A stretch of DNA of 64,000 nucleotides from Octopus bimaculoides (GCF_001194135.2 NC_068984.1:19265183-19329182); one strand, 5' to 3'. Positions 24,761-38,259 are shown, numbered from the stretch's first letter. Numbers and translations: made by a program. The notes: generated by a model from the letters alone, not told the origin.

Positions 24761-26489
24761 AATATTGTCTACTTTATGTGTGTGTGTGTGTGTGTATGTG
24801 TGTGTGTGTGTGTGTGTATGTGTGTGTGTGTGATTGTGTATGTTTGTGTAAATATTTGTTTTTTTCTTTTTCGTCAAGTTGTATATAAAAACAATTTAAC
24901 ATTAAACTGAGGAATTTATTACTTTTTTTGTAGAGTACATATTTATTAAACATTTACAAGAGGTGTGTGTGGCAGTGACTTGAAAGTTTCAGCCTGCTAG
25001 CTTTATACATATAGTTGAATATTATCAATACAGCGAACAAAAGTACCTTATGATATTTAATTCCATACAGAAACTATGGTTCTTTGCATCAAGGTAGACT
25101 TTGCCATTGACAAGACAAAAAAATATGAATACTAAGCAAAATACTTGGAGTCAATATACTTAAGAAAATTCTTGAAAACAATGCCTACAGTTCTAAAAAC
25201 TGAGACTAGTAATAAAATACACACACATACATCTTGCAGTTCCCACTGCTCATTTCTCTTTCTCTCTCCTTCCTCTACTAGACATGAGTAGCCATGCAGA
25301 TCCTCTACAAGAACCTGCATTGCCTCTACTTCTCATAGTTCAATCCCTCATCCACTAGTGTGAAGATTCCCCCACCCGCCCAAGGGTTTATAAGTTCTGA
25401 AAGCTGCATGGTGACCTCAATAGTGCAGGTGGCATGAAAAAAGCACCCAGTCCATGCTGTAAAGTGGTTAGTATTAGGAAGGGCATCCAGCTGTAGAAGC
25501 CATGCCAAAACAGACATTGGATCCTGTCAAAGCATCCAACCCATGCCAGCATGGAATATGGATGTTAATGATTATGATAATGATGATGATGTATATGTAT
25601 ATATAGTTGATATTTCTTCACAGAACAAGGTTAACCATGCTCCATGCAAAGGGGTTGACACCAGTTAGCAGAGTATATTGATATAACCTATAGTAGTTAA
25701 AAGCCTGTATACTACTTCGTATGTACACCTGTTTCCTTCCAAAAATTGGGAGGTTAGGAAGCATCATACAAAAAGAAAAAAAAAGAGTGTTGTCATTATT
25801 CCAATATATAAATTTCTGTGTCAAAATGACAAAAGAGGAACAGCTTTTTCATGAAACTGGGAGGGCTTCTTATTAGGAAGGAGTGACTGACTATAGAAAG
25901 AATAGCAATGGGAAAGAGAAAGGGTAGAAAGAAGACGAAAAAAGGGGACAGAAAGAAAGATGGAAAAATGGACAAACTCTGTAAATGCTATGTAGCAAAG
26001 CATAAACACAAATCATCAACAAGACATACCAAGGCTTAATTGACCAAGTTTATTGTATTAGTCTTTTCTTTCTCTTCTTTTCCAGCTTTCATTTTACATT
26101 CCCCTCTTTCCTTTTCTCGTTTTTCTATAGCCACTCAGATTTTGCTTATTAAGAACCCCACTGAATTTCATGAAATAACTGCGCTTCCTTTGTATTTCTG
26201 ACACAGAAACGTATATATTGGAATAATGACACTGCTTGATAACCTCCTACTTTAGGAGAGAAACAGGTATGCGTGTTACCTGTATAGGCTTTTAACTATC
26301 ATATATACATATGTGTATATGTCTGTAGGTATGTAGAGACATGCATTATTATTGTTATTATTATTATTATTATTTTTATTATTACTGTTGCTGTTGTTGT
26401 GTCAACCAAATACTCTTTAAACATAGATGAACATATATATGTAAGGATGTATATATGCATGCATATATAAGTGTGTAAACAGTCAACAT

Positions 26490-26533
26490 CTATGTATGTA
26501 TGTATGTATGTATTTATTTATCTATCTATCTAG

Positions 26534-26573
<40 letters not shown>

Positions 26574-26585
26574 ATATATATATAA
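26490..26585. repeat. (TATG)n/(TATC)n/(TA)n microsatellite
   Basis: Direct reading. Confidence 0.95.
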
Positions 26586-27139
26586 TCATTTATATGAATA
26601 GATATGTGTCTTTTTATATATATATATCTATATCAGTCTGTTAGTGTCTATCTCGCCCTCCCCCTCTCTCTCTTTATATATATATATATAAAGAGAGATG
26701 ATGATATATATATATATATTTATACATATGGTTGGATGTATATAAAAATACATATTTACATATACACACATATGTACTATATATAAAAATGAATATACAT
26801 ACAAGTTAAATACATATGCACGCACGCACACACACACATAAACACACACACAAATCAAACTTGAAGATATCTGTATAAATTTTCTTTATAATTTTTTAAT
26901 GCACTCAGATCCAAAATGAGATGGGGGAAAAAAAAAGAAAAAGATGAAAATAAAAGCCTTTGTATGTTGACAATGGAGAGTAATTGTTGCATTAGAAGAG
27001 ATGGTGGAAGACATGGAAAGAAGTGATGAGGTCAGGTCTTTTCTGAATGCTGCTGGTTGTCACAGACAAAATGACAAATGATTAAGAAGGGCAGTGATAG
27101 ACTACACAATAGATCCAGCCAACCCATGCCTATATAGGT

Positions 27140-27510
27140 GATATGTAGATGGTAAATTGCTGTTGTTGCTGTTGACGATGATGATGATGCTGGTGGTGGT
27201 GATGACGATGATGATAATGATGGTAGTAGTGGTGATGATGATAGTGATGATGATAATGATGAGGAGGCAGGTAATGACAATGATGATGATGATAATGGGG
27301 TGGTGGTGATGGTGGATGTGGTTGTGATGGTGGTGATAATGATGTGGGAGGTAGACAATGACAATAATGATGATGAAAATGATGAAGAGAACAATGATGA
27401 TGATGATGAAGAGAACAATGATGATGATGATGAAGATAAAGATAATAGTGATTGTGATGTCGATAACGATGGTGATGATAATGATGATGACAATCACAAT
27501 TACGATGATT
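27140..27510. repeat. Long imperfect (GAT)n/(GGT)n trinucleotide tract
   Basis: Direct reading; includes a duplicated gaagagaacaatgatgatgatgat unit; the poly-D/M/I/S ORFs here are by-products. Confidence 0.95.
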
Positions 27511-27532
27511 AAAAGAATCTCTAGGTTCTTAC

Positions 27533-27673
27533 TTTTCTTTTAGCTTCCATGTAGGCCAGTTGTAGATCGGTAAACTCACTGAAAATCCAGTTGGGGATGG
27601 CAGAACTTTCATCTTCTCTACTTTTAAACTCATTCAAACTGCTTTCAAGTTCTTTCAATTGTATTTCAGCTTT
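27533..27673 (-). CDS. SYNE1: Exon 12, KAEIQLKELESS...MEAKRK
   Basis: attttAG / GTAAGA, 141 nt, phase 0/0. Confidence 0.85.
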
Positions 27674-28778
27674 CTAAAATATAAACAAAACATAACAACA
27701 CAAATTAGTTAAAAGAACATTTTAAAATATATCTCTTTTACTTGTTTCAGTCATTTGACTGTGGCCATGCTGGAGTACCGCCTTTTGTCGAGCAAATCGA
27801 CCCCACCACAGTAATTTGGAATTTATGAAATGAAGGTTTTATATCACTCAGAACATACGAAACAAGGACAAGTTAAAAATCTGAATGCAAGCATGGATGT
27901 GTAGGACAAATTTAGGAAAATACCTTAAACAGGCAAAGGGTTAAAATTGCTGGCCTTGTACCAAAATTTGAAATGATGTTTGTTGAGGGCAGTAATTTGG
28001 CAGAATTGTTGGTGCTGGACAAAATGCTTTGTGAGTTTTTAGTTATAGCTCTTTTATGTTCTGAGTTCAAACCCCAATGAAGTATATACTTTGCTTTTCA
28101 TCCTTCTGAACTTGATGAATACTGGTATTAGCCTTTTTACTACCATATTTCAGTTGAGATGCTCTTTGTTTCTTTCAATTAATTTTAAACATAATAAAGA
28201 ATTTAGTAAAATAACTTAGTTATCATTAAGCTAGTGTTAGGAACATAGATTGTGACTAAGGTTTGGTGGAAGATTTTAATTCAGAACTTTTGAAAACAAG
28301 ACATTTGTACTATAGAGCTAGAGGTGGTTTCAGCCAGGATGGTATCAAAAGCATTAATGTATTAACTATAGTTTCATTAATTTATTTGTTTTTATCTTTG
28401 CTCTTCCATAATGGCATGGTATTGTTTTATGGCCGGATGCCCTATCTGTCCATGTTTTCCAAGTAAGGGATCTTTTATTCCACATCTTCAAATGTACAAA
28501 GCCAGTGAACAATTTGTTGACAGGGGAAATGGCAACAATTTCACTACTTGTAGCTCAGTAGCGGCAGCTTTGTTCAAATGCTAGGCATTTCTATTGGTTG
28601 AGATATTTGACATCTCCCACTCTTAATGTCATCCTTATTTCCAAACAAAAAAAACAACTGGTTTTACTATACACAGACTTACTACATTTAAAAATTGAAC
28701 TGGTGAGAATTAAAAAGTATTATTTCCAGGAATAGGACATGAGGTTGTTCAAATATTCAGTTTTCAACATGGTCCAGC

Positions 28779-28811
<33 letters not shown>

Positions 28812-29882
28812 TAACAAGAGTTAAGATCTTCCCATTTATAAAATATTCTTTCAGATATGACCAAATGACCACCACATGACTGACTGGACTATCAGATGTT
28901 GTTACACAAAGCTGGTCACTAGTGTGCTTTACATTATTTTAGCATTCAAATGACACTACCCAGTTCGCTAGGCAAGCAAAACAACATTCACCCCTTATTG
29001 GAAGTGGGACTGGAGCAACATGAAATGAAGTGTTCTGTCCAAGAACACAATGCACTACCCAATCAGAGAATCGAACCCATGATCTAGCTATCATGAGTGC
29101 AACAGCCTAACAACTAGGCCACACACCTTTCCCTTTCAGATATATCCTTCAAAATAATAAAAAGGTATTTTACATATATTCTTCTGTTTATAAAATATTC
29201 TTTCAAATACATCCTTCCCTTTTACAAAATGTTCTTTCAAATACATCCTTTTCATTTATAAAACAATCTTTCAAATATATCCTTTCTATATAAATACTAG
29301 TAATATATTTTCAGATAACTCCTTTATGTTTATAAAATGTAGTTGGATGCAATAAAAAAATAACAAAAAAACAAAACAAAACAAAACTAGTTATTCAGAA
29401 AATTCTCCCTAAGCTTTAGCAAGAGAATGCAAAATGTAATTGAAAATGTGTGAAAAGAAGATTGTATTCTGCATTGTTTATGAAAAGACAATTACTGGAT
29501 ACCAACTTCTGTGTTTTATAATTATGAATACGCTGAAGAACACAAGGAGTTTTGAATTTGGATTCCTCAGCATGCTGTTTGTTCTGGCTGTAAGGAACGA
29601 GAAGACATTCACAAACAAACAAACACACACACACACATACACATTTCTGCATCAACACAAGCCCACATACATATATGTATACGCATACATGAGTATACAT
29701 ATACATATATTCAATAAGCTAGACACATATGGATACTTGCATGTATATTAGTATGGAGATCCTCTGTTTTCTAGCTAAACTCAAAATTATTTCGCTTGGC
29801 ACCTTGTTAAATTAGATATTGCAATCAGCATGATATTTAGCCTCAGTTTCACTGTATATTCCGTGTTCTGTAAATTATTCAC

Positions 29883-29947
29883 CTTATCCACATTTTCAGG
29901 TGAATTATCTACTGAATAGATCTGGTGCAGTTTATTATAATGGCAAC
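29883..29947 (-). CDS. SYNE1: Exon 11, (S)CHYNKLHQIYSVDNSPENVDK
   Basis: ccattttcAG / GTGAAT, 65 nt, phase 1/0; restores frame after exon 10. Confidence 0.7.
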
Positions 29948-30528
29948 CTGAAAATGGAACATCACTTGTTGCTAGACACCCTACTAAACTATAAATACAT
30001 TTGACATAAGAATCCACTGAGTGTGTGTATGTAAGCATATATGAATACATGTGTATCCTGTTCATAGAATATTATATTTTATTTTGGCATCTTGCTTAAC
30101 ATGATGCTAGCTTGAATACAACACTTAATACTCTATAATATGTTTGTGAGTACTCTGGAGTTTTTTCCAGTTGTTATTTCTTAAATTCCTCCCTCCTCCA
30201 GACAATTTCTGATCAATTTAACTTATGATTGAAGGTGTTCTTAGCCTTTGTAAACATCATCCCGTTTAGAGTATACTATAGACTACATATTTAATGTGTT
30301 CTTCAATTTAAACAATAGGGTATATTTTGAGGGAGAATTGACTGCTATTTCTAGCATTGGCTTCATTGTTTCCAATTTCTGTCGCAAGGTGGAAATGGAA
30401 CACATAAATTTTTGAATGTGAAGGTCTTGTGATATTCATACATTTTCTGACAGTAACTGCAAATGATGAAATCATTACAGCCAAAAACTGTTTCTGCTTC
30501 TTTTGATGAATGATATTCAGTGCATATA

Positions 30529-30579
<51 letters not shown>

Positions 30580-30639
30580 CATTCATATATATTTTCTAAA
30601 TTGTGTATGTGTATGCCAGAATGGAAAACAGACATTAAA

Positions 30640-30678
<39 letters not shown>

Positions 30679-31223
30679 CATACATATATATACACATATA
30701 TATATACATAAATATATATACATAGATATATATATATATATATACATAAATATATATACATAGATATATATATATATATATACATAAATANNNNNNNNNN
30801 NNNNNNNNNNNNNNNNNNNNNNNNNNNNNNNNNNNNNNNNNNNNNNNNNNNNNNNNNNNNNNNNNNNNNNNNNNNNNNNNNNNNNNNNNNNNNNNNNNNN
30901 NNNNNNNNNNNNNNNNNNNNNNNNNNNNNNNNNNNNNNNNNNNNNNNNNNNNNNNNNNNNNNNNNNNNNNNNNNNNNNNNNNNNNNNNNNNNNNNNNNNN
31001 NNNNNNNNNNNNNNNNNNNNNNNNNNNNNNNNNNNNNNNNNNNNNNNNNNNNNNNNNNNNNNNNNNNNNNNNNNNNNNNNNNNNNNNNNNNNNNNNNNNN
31101 NNNNNNNNNNNNNNNNNNNNNNNNNNNNNNNNNNNNNNNNNNNNNNNNNNNNNNNNNNNNNNNNNNNNNNNNNNNNNNNNNNNNNNNNNNNNNNNNNNNN
31201 NNNNNNNNNNNNNNNNNNNNNNN

Positions 31224-31450
31224 GTATAGTGGTTAGGGTGTTGGACTTATGATTGTAAGATTGCGTTTCAATTCCTGGATGACTGGATGACGCAATGTAT
31301 TCTTGGAGCAAAACACTTCATTTCACGCTGCTCCAGTCCACTCAGCTGGCAAATATGAATAACCCTGCGACGGGCCGGTGTCCCATCCAAGAGGGAAATA
31401 TATTTGCCATGGAAACCAGAACCCAACTTTATTACTCTAAATGACTCAGG
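31224..31450 (+). mobile_element. tRNA-derived SINE with a Meta-domain-like segment
   Basis: gtatagtggttagg head, gtttcaattcc B-box-like, ctccagtccactcagctgg...aaccctgcgacgggccggtgtcccatccaagaggg...catggaaacc. Confidence 0.6.
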
Positions 31451-31635
31451 AAGGATCTCTCTCACTATATATTATTATTTTAATGTCCACTTTCCATGCT
31501 TATATGGGTCAGATAAGACCACACTGGAGCAGAGTTTCCCACTGTTTGATGCTGTTCTTGATGTCTTCTATAGCCATGCTTACGGCTACATGCAACGATT
31601 TAAACAAAGTTCATAAAACTAGAATAAATTTGTAC

Positions 31636-31747
31636 TTGCTTTCATTTGTTCAATCATCGTATCATAGGAACTTCCTTTGTCTGAAGCTGGAACATTATCA
31701 TTACTTTGAATGGTGACCAACTCTGTCCGAAGTTTGCTCATAATTTC
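31636..31747 (-). CDS. SYNE1: Exon 10, EIMSKLRTELVTIQ...IEQMKA(S)
   Basis: ctttctgttgcAG / GTACAA (weak donor), 112 nt, phase 0/1, open frame; pairs with exon 11. Confidence 0.7.
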
Positions 31748-31843
31748 CTGCAACAGAAAGAAGGACTGATTACAGAAGCTAAAAGTTCACATTACCATTA
31801 AGTAGGCTTTTGAAGTATGTGAAACAAAAATCAGAAAATGTAT

Positions 31844-31845
<2 letters not shown>

Positions 31846-31886
<41 letters not shown>

Positions 31887-31896
31887 NNNNNNNNNN

Positions 31897-31932
<36 letters not shown>

Positions 31933-31950
31933 GAGATAGAAAGAGAGAGA
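31846..31950. repeat. (GA)n microsatellite containing a 10-N gap
   Basis: Direct reading. Confidence 0.95.
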
Positions 31951-32269
31951 GACAGACATTAGACAGAAAGGAAAGCAATAAATAAATGTTGTTCCTGTAT
32001 AACTTGGACCAGCTCTGAACCTATGATTCCAGCCATGACCATCGCATTTAATTATGAGATACAGAGTATTTTGGATCATATTATACAATATGTTCAGCTT
32101 TTTTGAAATGGTAGGGTGTAATTTAAAGGAGATCAGGCTGCCATTTCTAGCAAGCTGAATCACTCTTGTTGGCTCAAGGAGTAACATTTGGCTGGCTGGC
32201 TGGATAGAAGGAACAAATGGACAGATGAATGAATAGACAGACTGACAGGCAGAAAAAGATAAATAGACA

Positions 32270-32279
32270 CGTAGATAGG

Positions 32280-32336
<57 letters not shown>

Positions 32337-32337
32337 G
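32270..32337. repeat. (GATA)n microsatellite
   Basis: Direct reading. Confidence 0.95.
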
Positions 32338-33064
32338 AATAGTAAGTTAGCTACTATTATGACAGATAGGTAAAGTCTGACAAAACAAATATTTATTTTT
32401 AAAAAATTTTCTGGAATTAAGATAAATTAGATTCCACCAGTATATATTCAGGAAAATTAGGAATTCAAGAACTTTGGTAAAAGCCTTCAACCATGTTTCA
32501 CACAAGAAACTTTAAGCTAAATTCCCCTCTATGAGTTCCATCCCTGTCTCAGAATTATTGCTTCTCCACATAACAATTCTGAATCTGGCTGCATAATCTT
32601 CCCATATGATTTAATTTTTATTGTTTGTTTCAGTCACGGAGGGTGGCCATGCTGGGGCACTACCTTGAAGAGTTTAGTCAAACAAATCAGACTGCTACTT
32701 ATCTAATTCTATTGGATTCCTTTTGTCAAACTTCTAAATTACAGGGACATAAACAAATTAACACTGGTCAAGCAGGGTGGGATGGGAGAACAAACACAAA
32801 CATATATCATCAACATATATGTGTGTGTGTAGATATATATATATATATATATGTTGTTTTGAATTTGTGTGAATGTGTATAGAATAGTATATCAGTTGAA
32901 TAAAGTTAAAATATAGTCTGGTTTTAATGTTTTTTATTATGGTATTTTAACGAAATTAGTGCTTTCATACATAATGTACTCATCAGATTTCAGATGTGTT
33001 TAACTGGCAGTTGAGTTCTTGACAACTTTAGTACCACTTAGTTCTAAGAGGAACTAAAGTTGTC

Positions 33065-33288
33065 AAGAACTCAACTGTTAGTTAAACACCATGACACTCT
33101 GAGAGGGTAATGGGTGCTTTTACGTGCCACCGGTACGGGTGCCATTTGCATAACACCAGTATCTGCCATGACTGCAATTTTACTTGGCTTGATGGGTCTT
33201 CTTCTCAAGCATGACATAATGCCAAAGGTCTTGGTTATTGCCTCCGTGAGGCCCAACGCTTGAAAGGAACTCAGCCAGTTTGCCTCCG

Positions 33289-33292
<4 letters not shown>
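33065..33292 (-). mobile_element. 3' fragment of the same RTE LINE family
   Basis: FQALGLTEAITK matches LRTLGPTEAMTK of the 6.6-8.2 kb copy and is followed by the same 3' UTR motif. Confidence 0.7.
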
Positions 33293-33361
<69 letters not shown>

Positions 33362-33622
33362 AATAATAATAATAATAATCCTTTCTACTATAGGCACAAG
33401 GCCTGAAATTTGTGTGTGGGGTGGTGGGGTGGGGGGTAAGTCGATCATATCGACCCTAGTACTTAACTGGTACTTAATTTATTGGCCCTGAAATGATGGA
33501 AGACAAAGTTGACCTTGGCAGAATTTGAACCCTGAACATGAAGTCAGATGAAATGTCACTAAGCATTTTGCCCAGCACGGTAACAATGCTGCCAGCTCAC
33601 CACTTTTATAATAATAATAATA

Positions 33623-33692
<70 letters not shown>
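33289..33692. repeat. (GAT)n(AAT)n and (AAT)n tracts flanking a family C SINE
   Basis: Tracts at 33289-33378 and 33610-33692. Confidence 0.9.
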
Positions 33693-33696
<4 letters not shown>

Positions 33697-34083
33697 CTTA
33701 TTGTATAATAATGCTCAGGGGCAATGTGACCCATTAGTAAAGGTTAAAGAGGGAATAGAAAGCAGATGTGTAAGTCAAGTAAAGAAAGACAGCTATAAAG
33801 GTTAAAAGTACATACACAATAGACAGAATAAAACACAAACAGATAGAAAAGTGGACATTAAGAGAGTCATAAAGAGGAAAGGATGCGTAGACACGTCAGG
33901 AGTAGTGTTAGTGAATATCGAGAAGCATGGAATTTTTTTGAAGGATGCAATGTCCTGACAGCTAATAACTGACAACAGTTTTTTTTATTCCTTTCTTTGA
34001 CAATTCTGAGTGTGATAAAATGTTTCTGAACATGATTTTAGATTGAAATCTTTGCAAAACAAATTTAAATAAAATGTAATTAC

Positions 34084-34287
34084 CTCATATTTCTTCCATG
34101 TTTTCATGTGATCAGCGTGAATCTGTATCTGTGAAGTTAGCAAAAGCATACGATCGGTGATAAACATTATGGTTTCATCAGGCAGCATTTGTTCACTTGC
34201 TGGAAGGGATTTTGTCAGATGCTGAGAAACAGGCATCACTGATGTGTTGAGTTTGTCTTTTAAGCTTGTGATACTTTTCAGCATGGT
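34084..34287 (-). CDS. SYNE1: Exon 9, TMLKSITSLKDK...TWKKYE
   Basis: ctactttttAG / GTAATT, 204 nt, phase 0/0. Confidence 0.85.
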
Positions 34288-35599
34288 CTAAAAAGTAGAA
34301 AAACAAAATGGAAAAAAAAAACAAAAAACGGATCAATCCTTAGCATTTCAATGAAATACCCTACGGTTAAACTTCAATCATTTTTATACCAACCCACCAG
34401 AGATCACTGTTGATGCTATTATACAAAGTTCCTAGTTTAAACTGATTGAAATTAAAACCTTCCATCAAAATTACGTGTTAATTAATGTTCCAAACACTGG
34501 CTTAATAACAACAAAGTTATTTTACTAAATTATCCATTATATTTAAAATTAATTGGAGCAAAAGTCACATTTTTCAATAGAAAATATTTCTATTGATAAA
34601 CAAAAAGGATTCAAGCCTACAGTTATTAGTAGCACCTACATCTGAATAATTAATTATGCATGAAATGGCCTATTTTAGTAGGTATTGAATAATAATATTA
34701 CTAATAGTTATTTATCTACAATCACCCCAGTAGCATTTTGAGGGATTTGTGTTCTTCTAACATGTACACCTGTGTACATTGGTGTGATGAATTATGGCTA
34801 GTAATGGTATAGATGCACAGCAAATTGTTATAAGCCTTTCAGAGTTAAAATTTCCAAGGACACAATAAAGATGGCTGTTCCTTTAGTCAGAATTTTGACA
34901 AATGACAACTTGTTCAACTGAATAACACACAATAACTACTGCACACAGCTATTCGGAAATGCATATTCAGTTGTCAATGACAAAAGAAAAAAACGTGGTG
35001 AGAAAATGAAAAATTTTTTTTACAATATTTCAAATTTTAAAACGATTTTTAATAGTCTTTATTATGAATGGAATGTTGAGTACTGTCAGCTGTATTTTGA
35101 AAGGGTTAACAGAAATAAATTGTGGAAATTGCAACAGAAGGAAGAATAAAATCTTTCTATCATTTCTAAAAGGATTATTCTCTCAGAATATAACAAATAA
35201 ATGTCATGTTAAATGCTGAAAAACTTTCAGAAATATCAAAACTTTTAAACTAATATAAACAAATTAATATTGGTCTTTTATGATGGCAATCTATAAACAT
35301 AATATCTTATAAACTTTCAAGACCTTCAAATTTCAAGAATTATGTAACTATTAATGGGGCTGACACAATGGTAAATTGGTAAAGTGTTCTTATGAGCTGA
35401 TAAAATACACAGAAGTACACATAAATACATACATAAACACAAATGTTAATCTTATAGCTTGGCATAAATTCAACTGATCTACAAATTTACATATCCACAC
35501 CTTGGTACATCTTTACCACCATTTTTTCTCTTTCCCAACTGCGATACCCATATATCTTCTCCACAGCATTATGCCTATTTATGTCCTGCTATCATACAT

Positions 35600-35880
35600 T
35601 CTAACCTTTCATCACCTGGCATAAAACCACCTCCCTAAATACTACACCCCACTTAGTTGAGGAGTCTTGTCTTGCTAGTTACTTGGTGACCTCATTATTG
35701 CCTGTGTTACATAAAAAAACACTCAGTACACTCTGTAAAGTGGTTGGCATTAGAAAGGGGCATCCAGCCATAGAAACCATGTCAAAGCAGACATTCAAAT
35801 TTGATACAGTCTTCTGGCATGCGAGCTCCTGTTGAACAGTCCAACTCATGCCAGCATGGAAAACAGGCATTAAATGATGA
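35600..35880 (+). mobile_element. GAT-tailed RTE-3'-end element (left member of an inverted pair)
   Basis: cactcagtacactctgtaaagtggttggcattagaaaggggcatcc...ccagcatggaaaacaggcattaaatgatga. Confidence 0.8.
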
Positions 35881-35924
35881 GGATTATGAGCATTTGAAGA
35901 AGGGCGAGTGTTTTTGCAACTGGA

Positions 35925-36185
35925 TCATCCTCATCATCATCATTTGACGTCCATTTTCCATGCTGGCATGGGTTGGGTGGTTTGACAGGAGCTGGTAAGC
36001 TGCATCAAGCAGTTGTCTGTTTTGGAAAGGTTGCTGTGGCTAGATGCCCGTCTTAAATTTAAACACTTTACAGAGTGTACTGGGTGCTTTTTACATAGCA
36101 CCACCATGGGTGCTCTTTACATGGATCTAGTATGGGTGCTTTTTATGTGACACCAGCACCAGTGGGGTCATCAAGTGGCTTGCAA
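35925..36185 (-). mobile_element. GAT-tailed RTE-3'-end element (right member of an inverted pair)
   Basis: catcatttgacgtccattttccatgctggcatgggttgg...actttacagagtgtactgggtg. Confidence 0.8.
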
Positions 36186-36275
36186 GAAAAAGACCGCTCA
36201 GGTTACATTAATCTATTTTAGAAAAATGGAATCTACAATCAACAATTAAATTTCCTGGAATGAAAGATAACATAC

Positions 36276-36563
36276 CTCATTTTCTTTCAGTTTCTCTGGT
36301 ATTCCATTTTTAGGGGGCACAGTAAAGAGATACTGCTCCATTGTATCCAACCAATGTGATATAGTCCACAAAGCTTGCTGTTCTTTCTTCTGCAGCTTTT
36401 GGTTGGTTGTCACTGACATCTGGTCTTCTGCTGGAAGTTGTTTAATCTTCTTCCAGCATCCATTCAAATCAGACAGGCTTTGTTTGATATGATGTGACTG
36501 AAAAGTTGGTTTCTTACCCACAGCATTTCCAACATTGTACATATACTGTGCTGAGGAGAAATG
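36276..36563 (-). CDS. SYNE1: Exon 8, HFSSAQYMY...SHWLDTMEQYL...KENE
   Basis: Polypyrimidine tract + caaacAG / GTATGT, 288 nt, phase 0/0; an alternative in-frame acceptor would start the exon at 36545. Confidence 0.85.
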
Positions 36564-36689
36564 CTGTTTGTGGAATAGAAAATAAAACCAAAAGGACAAG
36601 ATTAGGATGATAATAAATGGATTTATGATTCATTTATATAACGTAGTAATAATTTACAAATTCCACACAACAAAGAAATACCTAAAAAG

Positions 36690-36960
36690 GCTTGTCAGAC
36701 TGCCTCATGGACCCAACAGACAAAATGGAAAAGGTGCTGCTCCAGAGGATGGCGAGGGGAATGTGCTGGCACAGCCACTATAACTCACAGGGCTCGCACT
36801 TGCAGATGGCCATCATTGGTGGCAACAACAAGCATTGCTTTCTAAAATGACCTCCCACATTTCCCATGCTTTCAACGAGGACTTTACGCAAGCCTTAAAT
36901 TGTAGTCTTGGTTTCTGCTGGGGTTGCTTTTCGCAAACATGTTCCATCATATAGCACACA
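36690..36960 (-). mobile_element. Possible highly decayed RTE-type ORF2 C-terminus
   Basis: QKPRLQFKACVKSSLKAWEMWE resembles GRPRLRFKDxxKxxLKxxxxWE; the segment is richer in GC than its flanks. Confidence 0.3.
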
Positions 36961-36974
36961 CACATATACATACA

Positions 36975-37015
<41 letters not shown>

Positions 37016-38259
37016 ATCTTTGTCGCTGACCAACTGACAACTGGTGTTAGTTCGTTACTGTCCAGTTCAAAGAAAAACAAAGAGGCCAATAGGATAAATA
37101 CCAGACCTAAAATAATAATAATTGGCATTGATTTGATTGGCTAAGCTCTTTAAATCAATGCTCCAGCATGGCTATACTCCCAAGAATATTCAAGTTTTAC
37201 AATGATACAAATCTACCAAAGCTAAGTAACACTGTCTGTAGATAACTTAAAAATCGTTCACAAAATAAATGAGGACGTGTTAAATATGAAAGCTATTACA
37301 TCATCACCACTGCCACCACCATCACTATTAGCATCATCATTGTTTTAATGCTAACATGGGGCAGACATTATGTATGTATGCATGTATATATGTATGTATA
37401 TGTGTGTGTGTGTGTGTATACACACACTCATACATACACTTAAAATGATTTTTTCCCGTCCCTTGAAGTTATGTTGTATTATTATTATATGATTACATTA
37501 CAGAGCAGTTTCTCTTTTCAACATCCATACTTTATGATTGGTTGAAAATAGTTTGTACTTGTTATTTGAAATGTCTTCTTCAGCCTCATACATAAAATGT
37601 AAAACCATTTTTTATCTTCTAGCACTTCCTAACATCAGACAAATAGAGGCTTGTTGGGAATTAATTGTTCTTAGTATGAGCAATGAGGCAACAAGTAAAT
37701 CCCCAAACAAATTCTTTGATGACGTGACTGTAATAATGAATAATGTTCTCATTTATATGACTGACTTGGTATATTTTCTGTAAACCAGATACAGGCGTGG
37801 CTATGTGGTAAAGAACCATGTGGTCTTGGGTTCAGCATCTTGAGTAAGTGTCTTCTACTATAGCCCTGGGCTGACCAAAACCTTGTGAGTTGATTTGGTA
37901 GACAGAAACTGAATGAAGCCTGTTGTATACATACAAACATACACACACATCCTCAATCATCATCATCATCAACATTTAATGTCTGGTTTCCATGTTGTTA
38001 TGGGTTGGATGGCTTGACAGGAACTGGCAAGGTCAGAGGTCACACCAGGTCCCATAATCTGCATTGGTTTGGTTTCTATGACTGGGTGCCCTTCTTAATG
38101 CCAACCACTTTACAGAGTGTACTGGGTGCTTTTTTATGTGGCACCATTACCAGTGCTTTTTATGTGGTGCCACCACCCACATCAATGCTTTTTACATGCC
38201 ACCTTTGTTTATATACATATACACGAGAATGCATTGCGAAAGGCCTGGTTGGTGGCCCA

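Noticed and set aside
37530-37727. Candidate exon between exons 7 and 8
   Set aside because: Stops in the frames tested, and not needed once the phase-0 acceptor at 36563 is used
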